From: Lepidodermella squamata
Lineage: Eukaryota; Animalia; Gastrotricha
Length of the DNA: 64,000 bases
Direction: 5' to 3'
Assembly (NCBI GenBank): GCA_047495785.1
Contig: JBLDXI010000033.1
Span: 1,240,001-1,304,000 of the forward strand
Each line of letters starts with the position of its first letter. The stretch's first letter is position 1. The notes below the pieces were generated by a model that was not told the DNA's origin, did not search any database, and saw only the letters and a list, made by a program, of their open reading frames with translations. Below, piece by piece: positions 12,601-25,294 of this stretch. Position numbers and translations under genes: made by a program.

Positions 12601-15600
12601 GCGGGCGGCTAGCGCAACCGACGACAACCGGCGAGCTAGCGGCTGCGAAGGTGGTTGCTGCTGGCGCATCCTACTACATTGGGCTGACGGCCAAGTTTCG
12701 CTACGCCTTCGACAACTCGATAATGACCGGACTGCCGGTGTTTCCAAAAGGGTACATGAACGTGCCCGCAGGCACCGGTGACTGTAAGTCGAGCGTTAAA
12801 AAATGAAATATCTACTCTATACTTTTGTCCGACATAGGTGCCTCTATCGTAGGGCTTAGGGATATCGATCCGCTCCTAATGCGTCCATGTACTGATACAC
12901 TGAGCCACATTGTGTGTCAAGATGCAGCTACGGTAGGTCATGGAGACGGGCTTTTCTCGTAAATATATGTAGAAAACTTTATTGTGAACGACGAAGAAGA
13001 AAGCCAGCCTTGCAAGTGTTGTCCGCGACAGTTAAGAGTGTTAATGCGGTTGGAAGGGCTCGGACGTGTGAGATGTACGATTGAATGAGATGTACGACGT
13101 GTGAGACTGTCGGCAAATACACGCTGCAAATTTTTCCGTAATTTCTAAACTTTCAGCATACGACGCTATGAACTAGACTTGCAAACAAGTACATTCCTAG
13201 GATTACTACCAACAGAACGGCTTAGCACAGGATATTTGTTCTTCTTGGCCTATTTTTTATCTATAACTTCCTTCTTCAACTTGATTACGTATCTTGAGCA
13301 ATGTTAGGCTGAGCTTGTTTCTTCTCCTCATTGTGTTAAAAGTAGTAAGTTGAACTTTGACTCGCAGGTTGATTGGTCAATTTATCGTTGCTATGACTCC
13401 GGGATGAATCAATTTTGTCGTGCGAGCATTTTATATTTATGTAAAACATGACCTTGTCATACCCTCTGCACGGTTTCCAATGACCACGAGCGTAAACTCC
13501 ATATTAATCGTGGCAAATTACTGCGGCAAAAAACACTTGTTGCAAAAAATCTTATGGATCGCACGACCATAATGTTTCATCCGGGAGTCATAGCAATGAT
13601 CGATTGACCAATCAGCGCGCGCCCAGAATTCTACTATTTCGTTCAAGCACAATGCTTCGATTTTTTTCACCCAAAATCGCTCTCAATGTCGAAACCATTG
13701 CCCTCACCGTCGCTATCCTATTGATCAGCCAGGTTGACGCATTTTCTTGTGCTGGCCAAGCGACATTTAGAACTTCGTACTGTACAGTCTGGTACACGGG
13801 ATGACACTTCGACCCACAGGAAACAAGGCCGAAATGCGCATGAGACGTACCAGGACGCGGCGCTTCGATTTAGATGCCTGATTTTTGTGTTATTTTTTAA
13901 TAAGTTCCAAAGGTCGTTGTGGCCAAAAATAACCTCATTAGCAGCGATCGTGATTTTTCTTCTGCGACCAGAAAAAATCTCATTCATGAAAATCACGTAA
14001 TTATAAGCAAACATTGTACAGGGACCGGCAGAAGTTATTCTACAGACGCATTTGTTATAATCATTATTGTCATCATTAGGAGTCATGTGACCGTCAACTT
14101 CTTCAACTTCTTCAACCCCATACGCGAAATTTCGGCATGAAATTGAAGAAGTTGAAGAAGTTGACGGTCACATGACTCCTAATGATGACAATAATGATTA
14201 TAACAAATGCGTCTGTAGAATAACTTCTGCCGGTCCCTGTATGACCACTTAAAAGTCCAATCCAATGCGCACGCTGATTGGTCAATCGATCGTTGCTATG
14301 ACTCCCGGATGAAACGTTCTTTCGTGCGATCCATAAGATTTTTTGCAACAAGTGTTTTTTGCGCTGCAGCAATTTACCACGATTTATATGGACTTTACGC
14401 TCGTGGTCAATGGAAACCGGGCAGAGGGTGTGGCAAGGTCATTTTTTTCATTAATAAAATTCATAAATTTTCATAAAATAATTAATTTGTGGATCGCACG
14501 GCAGAAATGTTTCATTCCGGAGTCATTAGCAACGATAAATTGACTAATCAGCGTGCGCACCAAGGTTCAACTTTTACCAGTGGTTCCACAATGAAGATCA
14601 GTTTTTTGCAGTTCAGATCTCGATGAAGATCTCTATCTTAAAGAAAACGGCGGGGTCGCGAAAAGATCGGTTGTATTTTGTTTTCAATTATAATAATTTT
14701 TATTATCGATGGCAAATAAATTTTATATTCAATAAAATATTTGCTATCGAAAGCAATTATTAAGCACACTTATGCTAAACACGTCACGTGATTATTTACC
14801 CTAACCCGGGAGCTTCGAAGCCGCTGCGTCTAGTTACGTCTCATGGAAATACGTTGTGAATCTCTACAATGAATTCCCTGAGATGACTCTGAACTAATTT
14901 TTTGATAAACAATCGCTTCATTTCGTTTTGCAGCGCAAAGTACGATTATTCCGGCAAAGCAATGACTTCAACGCCGCAATGGCATTTTGCGAGGCCAAGG
15001 GAATGATTATGCTCAGCTTCAAGAAAGATTTCGAATACTTGCGAGTCCTGATCCTAATGCATTTCAAATACGAGGCTAACATGGCGGTATGGGCTGGATT
15101 CAAGCGCGATCGCACGGCGCCATACTACGCGTGGCTGAACACACAGCCGTACGGCAGCAACGACGCTCTGCCCGATGGGATTGGTGGATCGACAGTCTTC
15201 AGCGACGCCAAATCATGTAAGTTATTACTCACCACAGGGAACATCAACGAACATCCGTGTCATAGGCGGTGCAATGGCCCCGGATGGCTCGCTCTACGCT
15301 GTTGCTTGCACGACATCGTTACCAGCTCTGTGCGAGCTTCCTTCAGGTGAGCCAGCTTCCTGAACAAGAGATATAATTTGATGGTCATAACCTTGGCCTG
15401 AAACAAGGCCAACACTGTAAAACCCCATTTTTCGCGGTGACTTTGAATTCGCGGTCCTGCCCTGTCAGGATGAGTTGCGCAACTTGGCTGCATAACTCGC
15501 TTCACGAAAGTTTCACGGAACAAGATTCGAATCTACGCGAATCGTGTTTCCGCTGACACACGCGGTACCGTTTCGTGCGCGCGGTTAGAACAATGAGCGC

Positions 15601-18600
15601 ACTCGGATGCGCGAAATCAACTCCAATAAGCTAGCAAGTGGTTTTTAGTGAACTTTGGACCGCGTGCGCCGATGTCAATGGTGAATTTCGGATTTTATTT
15701 TCGGTTTTTACACCAAAATGAAGTTCGCGAAACGCTCTTTCTTTGAATATAGATTCTCACTAGGAAATACTGATGGTAAATAGTTTGACGTTCGCGACAA
15801 ATTACTTCGTGGCAGTGCGCGCACGCGCGATATTTAAGGTGGACGTAAAACTTTCTCCCATTAAATTTTTCGAGCGAGAACCCTATATTCAATAGAAAGA
15901 GCTTTGCCTGAATTTCATTTTGGTGTAAAAACCGACAATATTTCCCCAAGTTTTCCATTGCTATCAGCGCGTGCGGTCGAAATTCTGAAGTTGCTGTTTT
16001 TTGCGCGTTTCAATCAGCCAATTGGAGAAGTGCGCGTCCATTGTTTTCAAACAATGGTCACAAATCATGATTACGCTGAACACCGCGCGTTGCCTTGTGT
16101 AATACTCACAAGCGCGTTGCCGAACTAGCTCCGCCCTGATCGGCCATTGGTCGACAGTTGCGCTTATCGAAAAAAGCAATAACACCTCAGAGCAAAAAAC
16201 TTTAACCATAACCTGTAAACGCGCTAGAAAACTTGCCCTGATATTTGCGTGGTTTTTTTGGGATGAGCAAATTTTCGCTGGTCAGAAATTTTCGCGAGAC
16301 AAAAATTTTCGCTGGATTGTAATTTTCGCGGATCTTAAATTCGCGGTCCCTTCATACCGCGAAATAACCGCGAAAAGTAAGTCACCGCGAAAATTAAGGG
16401 TTTTACACTTACACCAACGCTTGAATGAAAGAAGCTGCGTTTATTGTGACACCCCACCATTATCGAACAAAATTGCAATACCAGGGTAAAAAAAACTGCA
16501 GAATCTCGTTTCGTTCAGTCAAGAGTGCCCTGACGATATCTTAATAGCGTTTCAAAACGAAATTAATCGACTTATTTGCGCTACAGCGACCTGCGACCCG
16601 CCATGCCAAAATGGCGGCTCCTGTTTCGATGCAAACGTTTGCATGTGCACCGACAGCTACACAGGTTCCACATGCGAGAAAGGTAATCATATGGCGAATT
16701 TCACCATGTGCTTATTACTTGCATAAAATATAAAATGCAATTGCTCTACAGCCCGGTGGTTCATCGCATCAGGTGGCCCACAGCCTTACTTTGAGGCGAT
16801 ACGAGCATGCCAGGCCGACGGAGGTCAACCAGCGTCTTTTGAATCCAAAATGCTTGCAGTAACTCAACAACAAGATTTCTGGTCTGCACAGGCGGCATCG
16901 TACACGTTCGAAGATGGGCAATTACTGGACTGGGCTTTGAAGCCGGTCAGCTGGTTCCCTGGCAAACCAGAAGGTTACGGATGTAAGTTGTTCCTTATAG
17001 GGGTTGCCAAATCTATCATGCATCTATGAATCCCGTCTGTTCGAAAAAACGAGCCGGGTTCGCTGCACGAATTTAAGGTTTCTAATGTAAGGTTTTGTTC
17101 CTTGTGGTGCAATATTCCCTGGATGATTGAGTGGCTGTGTAGTCTGGCAATGTGTTTCTCAACTTCTTATAATGAACAAGTCTCATTTAAAATGTCCATT
17201 TATCATAAACTTTGCGTACCGCGTATGGGCAAAATTCGAAGTGGCCCGAGACAGACAAAACACTGCTTTCCGGTCGGGCTCGGACATGCAGAGCCAGAGC
17301 TGGACTTAGAACCTTCCTAAAATGGCACGCTTTTCTGATTTTCTGCAAGCCGCAGCATCCTGATATGGATGGTACGTCTGATCCTTTCTGTTTCAAATGC
17401 AGGCGTGGCGTTGCGCATCGACTCTTCATCATCTTACGGCTACGACGATGTTGACTGTACGACGTTTACACTTACGGATATCTACTGTGCAGATCCGAGC
17501 TCGGTATTTCTTTGAAGAGTATTATTGACGACAGATCTTACCTGCTTCCTCATTTCAGGACGTGGTGGCGTTGCAGAGCAGTGGAACAGCCATGTCGTGG
17601 GAGGATGCGAACACGCTGTGTAAAGATGCGTCCAAAATCCTTCCTATAGCCGCCGATTCTAAGTCCATGTCGGCCCTCGCAGCCGCGTATCCATCCGCCG
17701 GCAAAATATTTTTGAACGCAAAAAACCGGGATTATCCTTATTTGTTTCATGACTTTCGACTTGGCGACACCGTTGGGGTCGCCACTCGACCTTTCCCGTG
17801 TAAGTTTCAGTGAAATGCGTAAAATTACGGTCTTGAACGGTAAAGCATGAAACCCCCTAATCAAAAAGATCGAAATATCGAGGATATCGTTAGCGTCGTT
17901 CGAAAGCCCGGAGGTAATGGAGCTTTCACAAATGTGTCCGACGGCAGAGTGTAGCGAAACGTCGGATAGCGTTATCATAGGCACTTCGGACGCGCGCGCG
18001 GTCGGACGCCCGAAGTTTCTATGTTGTTCTATTGTATTTCTGAACGCATTATTACTGAACGAAATATTTTCAAAATTCGACCTTGATACATAATAATTTC
18101 AATTTTTTTGCGTGTAAGAAAGCACTGGCTATCAGATTTTGCACTCTACGCCCGATGACGTTACACAGTTTTCTGAGCTGACAATTTTCCAATTTACGTT
18201 AAAAAGCGAAAAAGAATTATTTTTTTTCAAATTTTAGTAGCCTAACGCCTTCTACTCGACGAGCTGATTCAGAGTCTTTTTCAGCGTCTCGAAAAAGTGA
18301 ATAGGTGATGAGTTTACCCTGGAAAACGTTTTGCATGTAAACATGCGGGGGCTGTTTTTCAAATTGGAGTTTTAGAAAAAAAGGAACACAGTTTTTGAAA
18401 AATGTCCGAAACTAGTAAAGTTATTAACGAATTAACGACCATTGTTCTTTGATTGGGTTTCACTTCCTTCCCTTGCAAATAGAACCGATCCAACAACAGA
18501 TTATCATATAATTTGTAAGGTATTTTTATGAAATCACTCTTTTGTAAATTTTTATAGATGTCCCTCTCAGGTTTGGTATCTTAATAATCATTTATTTTTT

Positions 18601-18795
18601 AAGTTGCAGTGGGTTAAATTTTAATTTATGGAGTGCCTATTTTAGGAGACCTCAAGTCCCCAAAAATGGCTGTTACAATCATTTACAATTTGCATTTGTA
18701 TTCAAGGTTACAACTCAAATGGAGTGAAAGTCATCCCATGCAATAGCTCTCTACAGATGGTATGCGTTCGCCTGCCAGGCCTCGAGGAACTTTAA
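9623..18795 (+). CDS. Large multi-exon secreted mosaic protein: 4-Cys modules, several C-type lectin-like domains and an EGF domain (may be more than one gene; introns expanded by transposons)
   Basis: Signal peptide at 9623; Cys modules in small exons 9.6-11.2 kb; CTL-like exons near 12540, 14934, 16752, 17560; EGF exon TCDPPCQNGGSCFDANVCMCTDSYTGSTCE at ~16585-16682; N-terminus resembles the gene at 58930. Confidence 0.6.
11347..11881. mobile_element. Non-autonomous DNA transposon (MITE) with ~24-bp TIRs and internal palindromic AAAGTCGACTTT repeats
   Basis: Left ATGGGGGTTATTTTCGTAGCTGCC vs right-end reverse complement ATGGGGGTTATTTTCGAAGCTGTC; many GATAAAGTCGACTTTA variants inside; intronic. 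Confidence 0.8.
13350..13625. mobile_element. ~270-bp MITE copy A (left arm of an inverted pair)
   Basis: Own TIRs GATTGGTCAAT...GCTATGACTCC / GGAGTCATAGC...ATTGACCAATC; internal sequence is the reverse complement of 14265-14575. Confidence 0.75.
14019..14239. mobile_element. Tc1/mariner-type MITE, 221 bp, perfect 97-bp arms, TA target-site duplication
   Basis: TA|CAGGGACCGGCAG...CTGCCGGTCCCTG|TA; arms 14019-14115 and 14143-14239 are exact reverse complements. Confidence 0.9.
14265..14575. mobile_element. ~300-bp MITE copy B (right arm of an inverted pair)
   Basis: Diverged reverse complement of 13350-13625, e.g. GCAACAAGTGTTTTTTGC vs GCAAAAAACACTTGTTGC. Confidence 0.75.
15415..16408. mobile_element. 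~1-kb non-autonomous DNA transposon with imperfect TIRs (pogo/mariner-like termini)
   Basis: Left CTGTAAAACCCCATTTTTCGCGGTGACT vs right reverse complement GTGTAAAACCCTTAATTTTCGCGGTGACT; subterminal TTTTCGCG repeats; no transposase ORF. Confidence 0.7.
17845..18465. mobile_element. Possible degenerate intronic MITE
   Basis: TGAAACCCCCTAATCAAAAAGA at left vs TCTTTGATTGGGTTTCA at right (imperfect inverted repeat). Confidence 0.35.
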
Positions 18796-19262
18796 CTGCA
18801 GAACCACGCTTGCTCGAATGAAACTTACAATTTATGATATAAAATGTGAAACAGCGTAATGATTTTCTCAACGACGCTAACGTTGTCATGTGATACTTAG
18901 TTTGAAAGAATAAATCCTAGGTCCCTGCCGCTGACAAGAAAAAACTGGTCATTTCCTTTATGTTTTCATGGTTGTAAGACAGTTCAGCAGAACTTAGTTC
19001 AACGACGTCACTCTGGTAGACAATTTACAAGTAAAACAAACTGCAATGTGTGTGAAATTTATGACAGGGTATATTTAAGTGTTGTAATAAGCGGCAAAAC
19101 ACCTGTTGAAGTGTGGAAAATGATTAACGCGCACTTGAGCCCTGACAGTATACCGCCAATCCACAACATCGGCGCAAAATATAACGTTACATCAGTATAC
19201 AACGTAAAACACACTGATACTTGTAATATGTAGAAGACGAAATTTCACCGTAATAAGCGCAC

Positions 19263-20893
19263 ATGGAATCTAAAACTTTATGTGTAGTTACAATCGTCCT
19301 ACTTCTCTACCTGATAGCTGGCGGGTTCATTTTCCAGAAATTCGAGCGAATCGAAGCTGATCAGTTATTTGCTAGTCGAAATTTCACTTCAGTACTACTG
19401 CCCGGTCGCAATTGGACAGATAACGATAGTTTGATATTCAGCAGGCTTTTCAACAAAGTCATTTCTGACCTTCAAAATCAAACTTCATCTCTACAGAATC
19501 TTAAGGTAGTTTCCATCAATAGCACTGTTTTGAAGTTCGACCGGTGGAACAAAACAATCGTTGTCCACACCTTTGTCGAGGCTCTGAATGACAACTGGAA
19601 TTTTTATAATGCTTGTAAGATTGAAATTTTAGATTAATTCAACTAATTTTTCCATTTTTTTAGTATTTTACGCTACGACATTGATTGCGACAGTCGGTTT
19701 CGGTTTCATCAATGTTAAAACTGATGGCGGGAAATTATTTGCCTGCTTCTACGCCATCTTCGGAGTTCCTATCCTTGGCGTCTGGTTGCGGTTAATCGGC
19801 GAAAATATTCTCATCGGCGCCAAGAAACTGCTCAGGAAAATGAAAGTTGCCCATGATCAGCGGAGGAAATTTTTCCTCGGCCAAGCCGTTATTCTCGTAC
19901 TAGCTGGTTGCGTGATTTTCTTACTATGCCCAGGAATTCTTTTCGCCCACATGGAAGGCTGGGATTATTTGGCAGGATTTTATTGTAAGAAAAATCCTCG
20001 AATTATTTTGAATTTTGGCGAATTTTTTATCAGTCTCAGTGATGAGCTTGACGACGATTGGTCTCGGCGATTTAGTAGCCGGAGCTCAGGACGAAGCTCC
20101 TGGTTGGTACCGTGTCTTCATCAATTTTTGGCTGCTATTCGGCCTAGCCTGGCTATCCATCATTATTTCATTGGCTCGAGCTGCTTTCCAACTTAGAGCA
20201 ACAAAAACCGTGAAAAAATTAGCTCAATTCGCAATGGCTGTGAGTTTTGACCTTATTTAAATCGCACTCTAATGATTTTGACCTAATTTTAAGAGCCGAA
20301 AAAGCCGCCGGCGGTCGTCATTCGCCGGGACACGACGCGTTTCGGTTTTGAAAGCTCAAATTTCCGTGGATTTTAGCCCTCATCATTTGAGGAATGATTT
20401 GTCGAACCCGATTCGAGGCCAAAGGACTTATTTCTACAATTCGAATCGAGCTAATGATGAAAACCTTTTCACGACCCTGCAATCTATTGCGGATGGTGAC
20501 GAGCCACCGATAACGTTTACAGCCAATAGAATGATGAGGCCTCGGCTATTCACTAGACACATGTCGTTGATACCTCCAGAGGTACAAACTGGATCGAAAT
20601 ACGAACGCTCTATCAGCCATGGTGTAAATCATATGAGGCAGCGAACGCCTTCGGGTAAAACCGAACCACTCGGAGTGGAAAATTGTGCTTTCAGCGGCGA
20701 AGAAGACGATAGCAATGCGAAAGTTCAAACAGAGGACTTGAAGCCACCGATTCTGACTCAGCAATCTATCAGGAACTCACATCTTCGAAAATCGATTTGG
20801 AACATGACGGCGTTGGACGAGCATGGTGTTATCAGTTCGGTTGACAGCAGTGAAACAGTTGCTATTTTACGACCTCGAAGCTTATCTGTTTGA
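19263..20893 (+). CDS. Two-pore-domain potassium channel (K2P/KCNK family), paralog 3, multi-exon
   Basis: YLIAGGFIFQKFE; WNFYNA; LIATVGFGF; EGWDYLAGFY; SLTTIGLGD; WYRVFINFWLLFGLAWL. Confidence 0.9.
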
Positions 20894-21036
20894 ATACATT
20901 TCTGTTTCTGATAAATCAAAGAAATTGATACTTTACGGTTCAGCCATTTTTTTATTGCGATCATATTGCCAATTATAGGCTCATAATTTCACTGAAATGC
21001 GTAACAGTTTTCATTGTTCTCTCATTGTGCAGATGT

Positions 21037-22463
21037 TTAGGCGGTCTTGACGGTGACAGGCTTGACGTTGTTGTAGTGGCTGCTGATCGATGGCATGCCA
21101 CCGAAGTTGTGGACGGCGTTGTAGCCACCGAAGGGCATCTTGTTGTAGAGCTCAGCCATGACCGGCGACTTGGCGATCTCCTCGGTGGTCATCTTCGGCA
21201 GCTGGCACTCGACGACGAGGTAGCCCTCCTGGGTCAGGCACGACTTGAGCTCAACCTTGGTCAGGTCGATCTTGGCAAGGGTCTGAAAGGACCAATTATA
21301 GGATTATAATTGAAATATCGAATAATACTCACCTCGGGCAGGACGAACTTGCGCGAGTACTTGCGGGAGATCTGGTGCTCCTTGCCCTCCTTGATGTCGT
21401 GGGCGGCCTCGACGACGACGGCGCGCTCGGCCTTGTTCAGGGTGACGGTGACCTCCTCAGGCTTGAAGCCCTTGAGCTCGAAGCACAGGTACAGCTGGCG
21501 GTTGCCCTCGACGTCGATCATGCGGATCGGGTTGCTCAGGGTGTACATCTCGAGCTCCGACGACGGGCGGAAGGCGATGTTGTACAGCTTGTTGTCGCCA
21601 GACATGGTGTTGAACCAGGTGTTGGGGGTGTTGGCCCAGGTGTTGGCACCGAAGGAGCCGAAGGTGGTCGGGTATGAGCCGAAGGTGTTGGTGGTGTTGA
21701 AGAGCTCAGGGCGACCGCCGAACAGGCCACCGAAGCGCTCGAACGAGCCGAAGGTGGTCGGGTAGCCGTAGTTGCCAGCGTACGAGCCGTAGGTGGTCGG
21801 GTACGAGCCGGTCCAGTTGTTGAAGCGGCCGAAGGAGGCGCCGAAGCGGGACTCGCCGAGGCGGGCGGCGATGACGTAGCACAGCTGCTGGCTCAGCTCG
21901 GCGAAGAGCATCGAAGAGACGCGGGCGGCGTGCTCGGCGGTGTAGATGGCACCCAGGCGCTGGGCGACGACGGCACCCAGTTCGGCACCGTGCTCGGCTC
22001 CGAAGGTGTAGCACCAGCGGGCGCACTGCTCGACGGGCCAGCCGTTGGCGAGCTTGACGGCGAGCTCGGCACCCAGCTTGGCGCACACCTCAGCTCCCCA
22101 CTGGGCGCCGATGCGGACGGCGACCTCGTGGCCGAGGAAGGTGTTGAGGCGGGCGGCGACGATCGAGGCGAGCTGGGCGCCGCAGTCGGCACCGAAGACG
22201 CGGCCGGTGTGGGCGCCGAACTCGACGACGGAGCCAGCACCACCGAAGCGGAGGGCCTGTTCGGTCTCGAAGGCACCGCCGAAGGGAGCGGCCGAGGCGA
22301 AGGTGTTGCCGACGATCGGGCTGGCGTTGATGAGGCTGCGCTCGACGGGCAGGGCCGAGTAGAGGTCGACCTTGTTGCGGAGCATGTTCTCAACGCTGAT
22401 CGGGCTGGTGTAGCCGGCGGCGGCGCCGAAGGTCGAGGGCATCGAGGTGTATGAGCAGGCCAT
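21037..22463 (-). CDS. Small heat-shock (HSP20/alpha-crystallin domain) protein with ~300-aa N-terminal extension; intron 21283-21332
   Basis: LCFELKGFKPEEVTV...EAAH...ISRKYSRKFVLPE|TLAKIDLTKVELKSCLTQEGYLVVECQLP; C-terminal PVTVKTA (IXI/V motif); extreme GC3 codon bias. Confidence 0.85.
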
Positions 22464-22938
22464 TTTATTTGAAGATTTGAAGACTACGAAAAACTGAAAA
22501 GACTTTAAAGTGCTTTAAATGCAAATTGCGATTGAGCAGATGATGAATATTCCGATGAAGCCACACCCTCTTCTTATAGGCGATTTTAGAAGCGAATCGC
22601 GTGCGGGCCTGGTTCCAAAAATAGGCCCATGCGGCTTTCAACAATCAACTTGCCAGTCACCTTGCTTTTTCAGATTTTTTTTCAGCACGTGGTCAAGCTA
22701 TGAATCAAGAGCACGTGTCTTCGCACGCTATCATTCTGTAATTTGATTGCGTTTCATTATTTTTCACGGATCAGGGATCATTAGCAAAATTGTAAAAATT
22801 TTATTGCGAAAGCCTCGATATTATCTATATACAGCTGCAGCGAGCATTCTTTGGTATTAGCTCATTGATTAGCAGTATTAGTCAATAATAATATTAATGG
22901 TAAGCTAACAAACATAGGACAACAACTTGACAACTACA

Positions 22939-23429
22939 TCACCAGCTTAAATTCCAATCGGCTCTATTGTTACCATCTTTTGGCTTCTCAGCACCAAATC
23001 TTGAATGCCAGTCTGTGATCGCGGGGTAGAAAGCTGGTGGAACCACTTAGGTACCTAAAATTAAGTAAATTTATTTGCTAGGAAGAAATGAGTAGATTTG
23101 AACAAATTTACCTCCAACCATGTCCGATATTGCTCAGTTTTTCGGTTAGCCGGCGGAGTTCGAGGTGGTTGAAGCTGATAAGACAGCCCAGGCAACGTCG
23201 TTTCCCCACCTTGATGCAAGTTGGTGGTTGTAGCTTCAACGACTGATGAGCTTTGAATCACGAAATCAGCCGTTTTTGTAGTTGTCAAATTGTTGAGAAA
23301 ATCTGGCGACATTGCAGGATTGCTATTGACTGAACATGGCGATAGGACAAGCTGACAAAACACGACCATGATCGCGCTAACAGCCGGCGCCACCTTTGGT
23401 ACCAAAATTCGACAGTTGTGACTCATCAT
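22939..23429 (-). CDS. Hypothetical secreted Thr/Ser/Pro-rich protein, two exons
   Basis: ORF with hydrophobic segment AVSAIMVVFCQLVL and Thr-rich region; plausible GTAAAT...TTTTAG intron ~23055-23111; no recognisable family. Confidence 0.35.
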
Positions 23430-23985
23430 TTCAAGGATTATTAAGCGTAAAAATCGTGGCCTAGAAATAATAAGAAAGTAGCCTTTAAGGTGGATGATTT
23501 TTTCAAGTGAGACAAAGCAGGAAAGTATCGACATTGTTTGTGGCCGGTGGCTTTGGAGTTGTTTACTCATGTGAGAATGCCCACTTGTGCAGTATTTTCC
23601 AGAAAGTTCTGCTATACCCTCATTGTATACTCATGTTTACGCGACATCGAGCTCGCATCGCATACATTTATGCGCGCAAAGTGCCTTGATGTGCGCGTCA
23701 TATAGCGCACTTAATTGCTGTTCATCTCCGCCGCATTGTGCCCCCGCTCGCACCTGTGCACCAGGCGCGCGTGTTATGCAATGATCACCGTCTTATAACT
23801 CAGGTGATAACCTCAAGTCAATTCGAACTTCATCATTTTGCTTCGACCTCGAAATTTACGGCAAAGTGACACGCACTTGAAAGTCAGATCAACATTTTAT
23901 TGCGCAATCATTGAGACAACAATTAAAATTGCTGAGAGAAATTGAACAAGTAGCAAAAAAATTATCGGGAATTATACAGAAATCA

Positions 23986-25294
23986 TTAAGCTGGACTAGC
24001 CGGAAAAAGATTATTCGCGTGAGTATTAGGCGAAGTAACCGAGCGAGGCGAGTTTTGAGGAGCTTGCCGAGGCGAGATCGATTGCGTTGAACGAGGCGAT
24101 CCGTTGTGATCGACGACTCCGCAACATTCATCCATCTGCTGGCGCCAGAATACCCTAGTTCCAAGTTGGCGCCAGAAATTGATGTCCAACATTGGGAAAT
24201 TTTCGGCTGAAAAAAAACAAAATAATAAAAAATATCTAAAATTGACGAAATAGTCTCAAGTTATAAAGATAGCTTATAAGTCTCAAATGGGGTTTCACTA
24301 CGAAAATTCTAATTTTAAGTAAATAATAGCCGGAATTACAGGAAAAATAAAAAATAATTATTTCGAATCGGATCGGATTTTTTCAATTTTTTTCTCAATC
24401 CACGGAGCTTTGGAAAATTTTAATGAAAATTTGTCAGTCCGAGAATAACAAAAAAATAACTAGAAATGTTCAGCTTACCAATCCAGGAATCCGCTGTCAC
24501 CCTGAGTAAAGTCCGATCACTCGTCGTAGTGTTATCCGGGGCAATGGACGATTTTCGAGGCGTTTTCTGAGGTTTAGGCAGCAGGAAGCAGGCCGAGAGT
24601 TGAACAATGATGTGCCAAGTTCCATGGACGTACTCGTACGAGACACCGTCCTGAAAATGCAGGTAGAGCAAAGCCGCAACAATGGTCGAGCAAATGCCGA
24701 AACTGAGCCTGACCAAGCTTTCATTCGCCGGGTAAATAACATGAAGCCGCCGGCATCGGTAAAGCTAATTTCTCAAAAATTAAGGAAAATTGTTGTGTAA
24801 AATTAAGAATTACCCATGACAAAATGACGATAACCGAGGCTATTGCTAACGGAGCCGCGAAAGTGGCGATGTGAAATCGATTGAGGTGAATGGTTACTGC
24901 TAATGTTAAGAAGGCAGCTGTGATGCAGAACAGCCTGAAGCGATGCCCGATGTCAGCCATTGCCAACAGGGTGGCCCAGGCGCTGACGCCAGCGGCGAAA
25001 AAATCAGCGAATTGAAGCGTGTCGTACTGCACGATGCAGTCATCGGAAGATGGCCACAGCGGGCTTGAATCGCACCAGTGGTAAAGCTGAACGAATACGG
25101 TAATCTTTTTAACATAAAAATTGCTTATTTTTTACCATTGAGCAAGTCATAGTGAAGATGTAGATGAAGGCTAGGTGGAAGTGCTGCCAGTTAAAAGCTA
25201 GGAAAATTGCCGGCAACATGCTGAGATTCGACAGGGTGACAAAAAGTCGACGTTGCGACTCGTCGACAATTTCTCGCTCGGTGACTGCAGACAT
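23986..25294 (-). CDS. TMEM8/PGAP6/myomaker family 7-TM protein (CREST superfamily), apparently without ectodomain, multi-exon
   Basis: TLSNLSMLPA; CSM|LYHWCD; YDTLQFADF; WATLLAMAD; YEYVHGTWH; FLLPK; last exon ends FPASPA*. Confidence 0.85.

Noticed and set aside
13919-14372. Mirror-image ORFs containing TDAFVIIIIVIIRSH on both strands
   Set aside because: Artefact of the perfect inverted arms of the MITE
16500-16570. Hammerhead ribozyme core (CTGACGA...GAAA)
   Set aside because: GAAA is not adjacent to stem II and stems I/III do not form
21310-22454. Several long overlapping and antisense ORFs over the sHSP gene, likewise over histone, reductase and LINE genes
   Set aside because: Explained by strong GC3 codon bias removing stops in alternative frames
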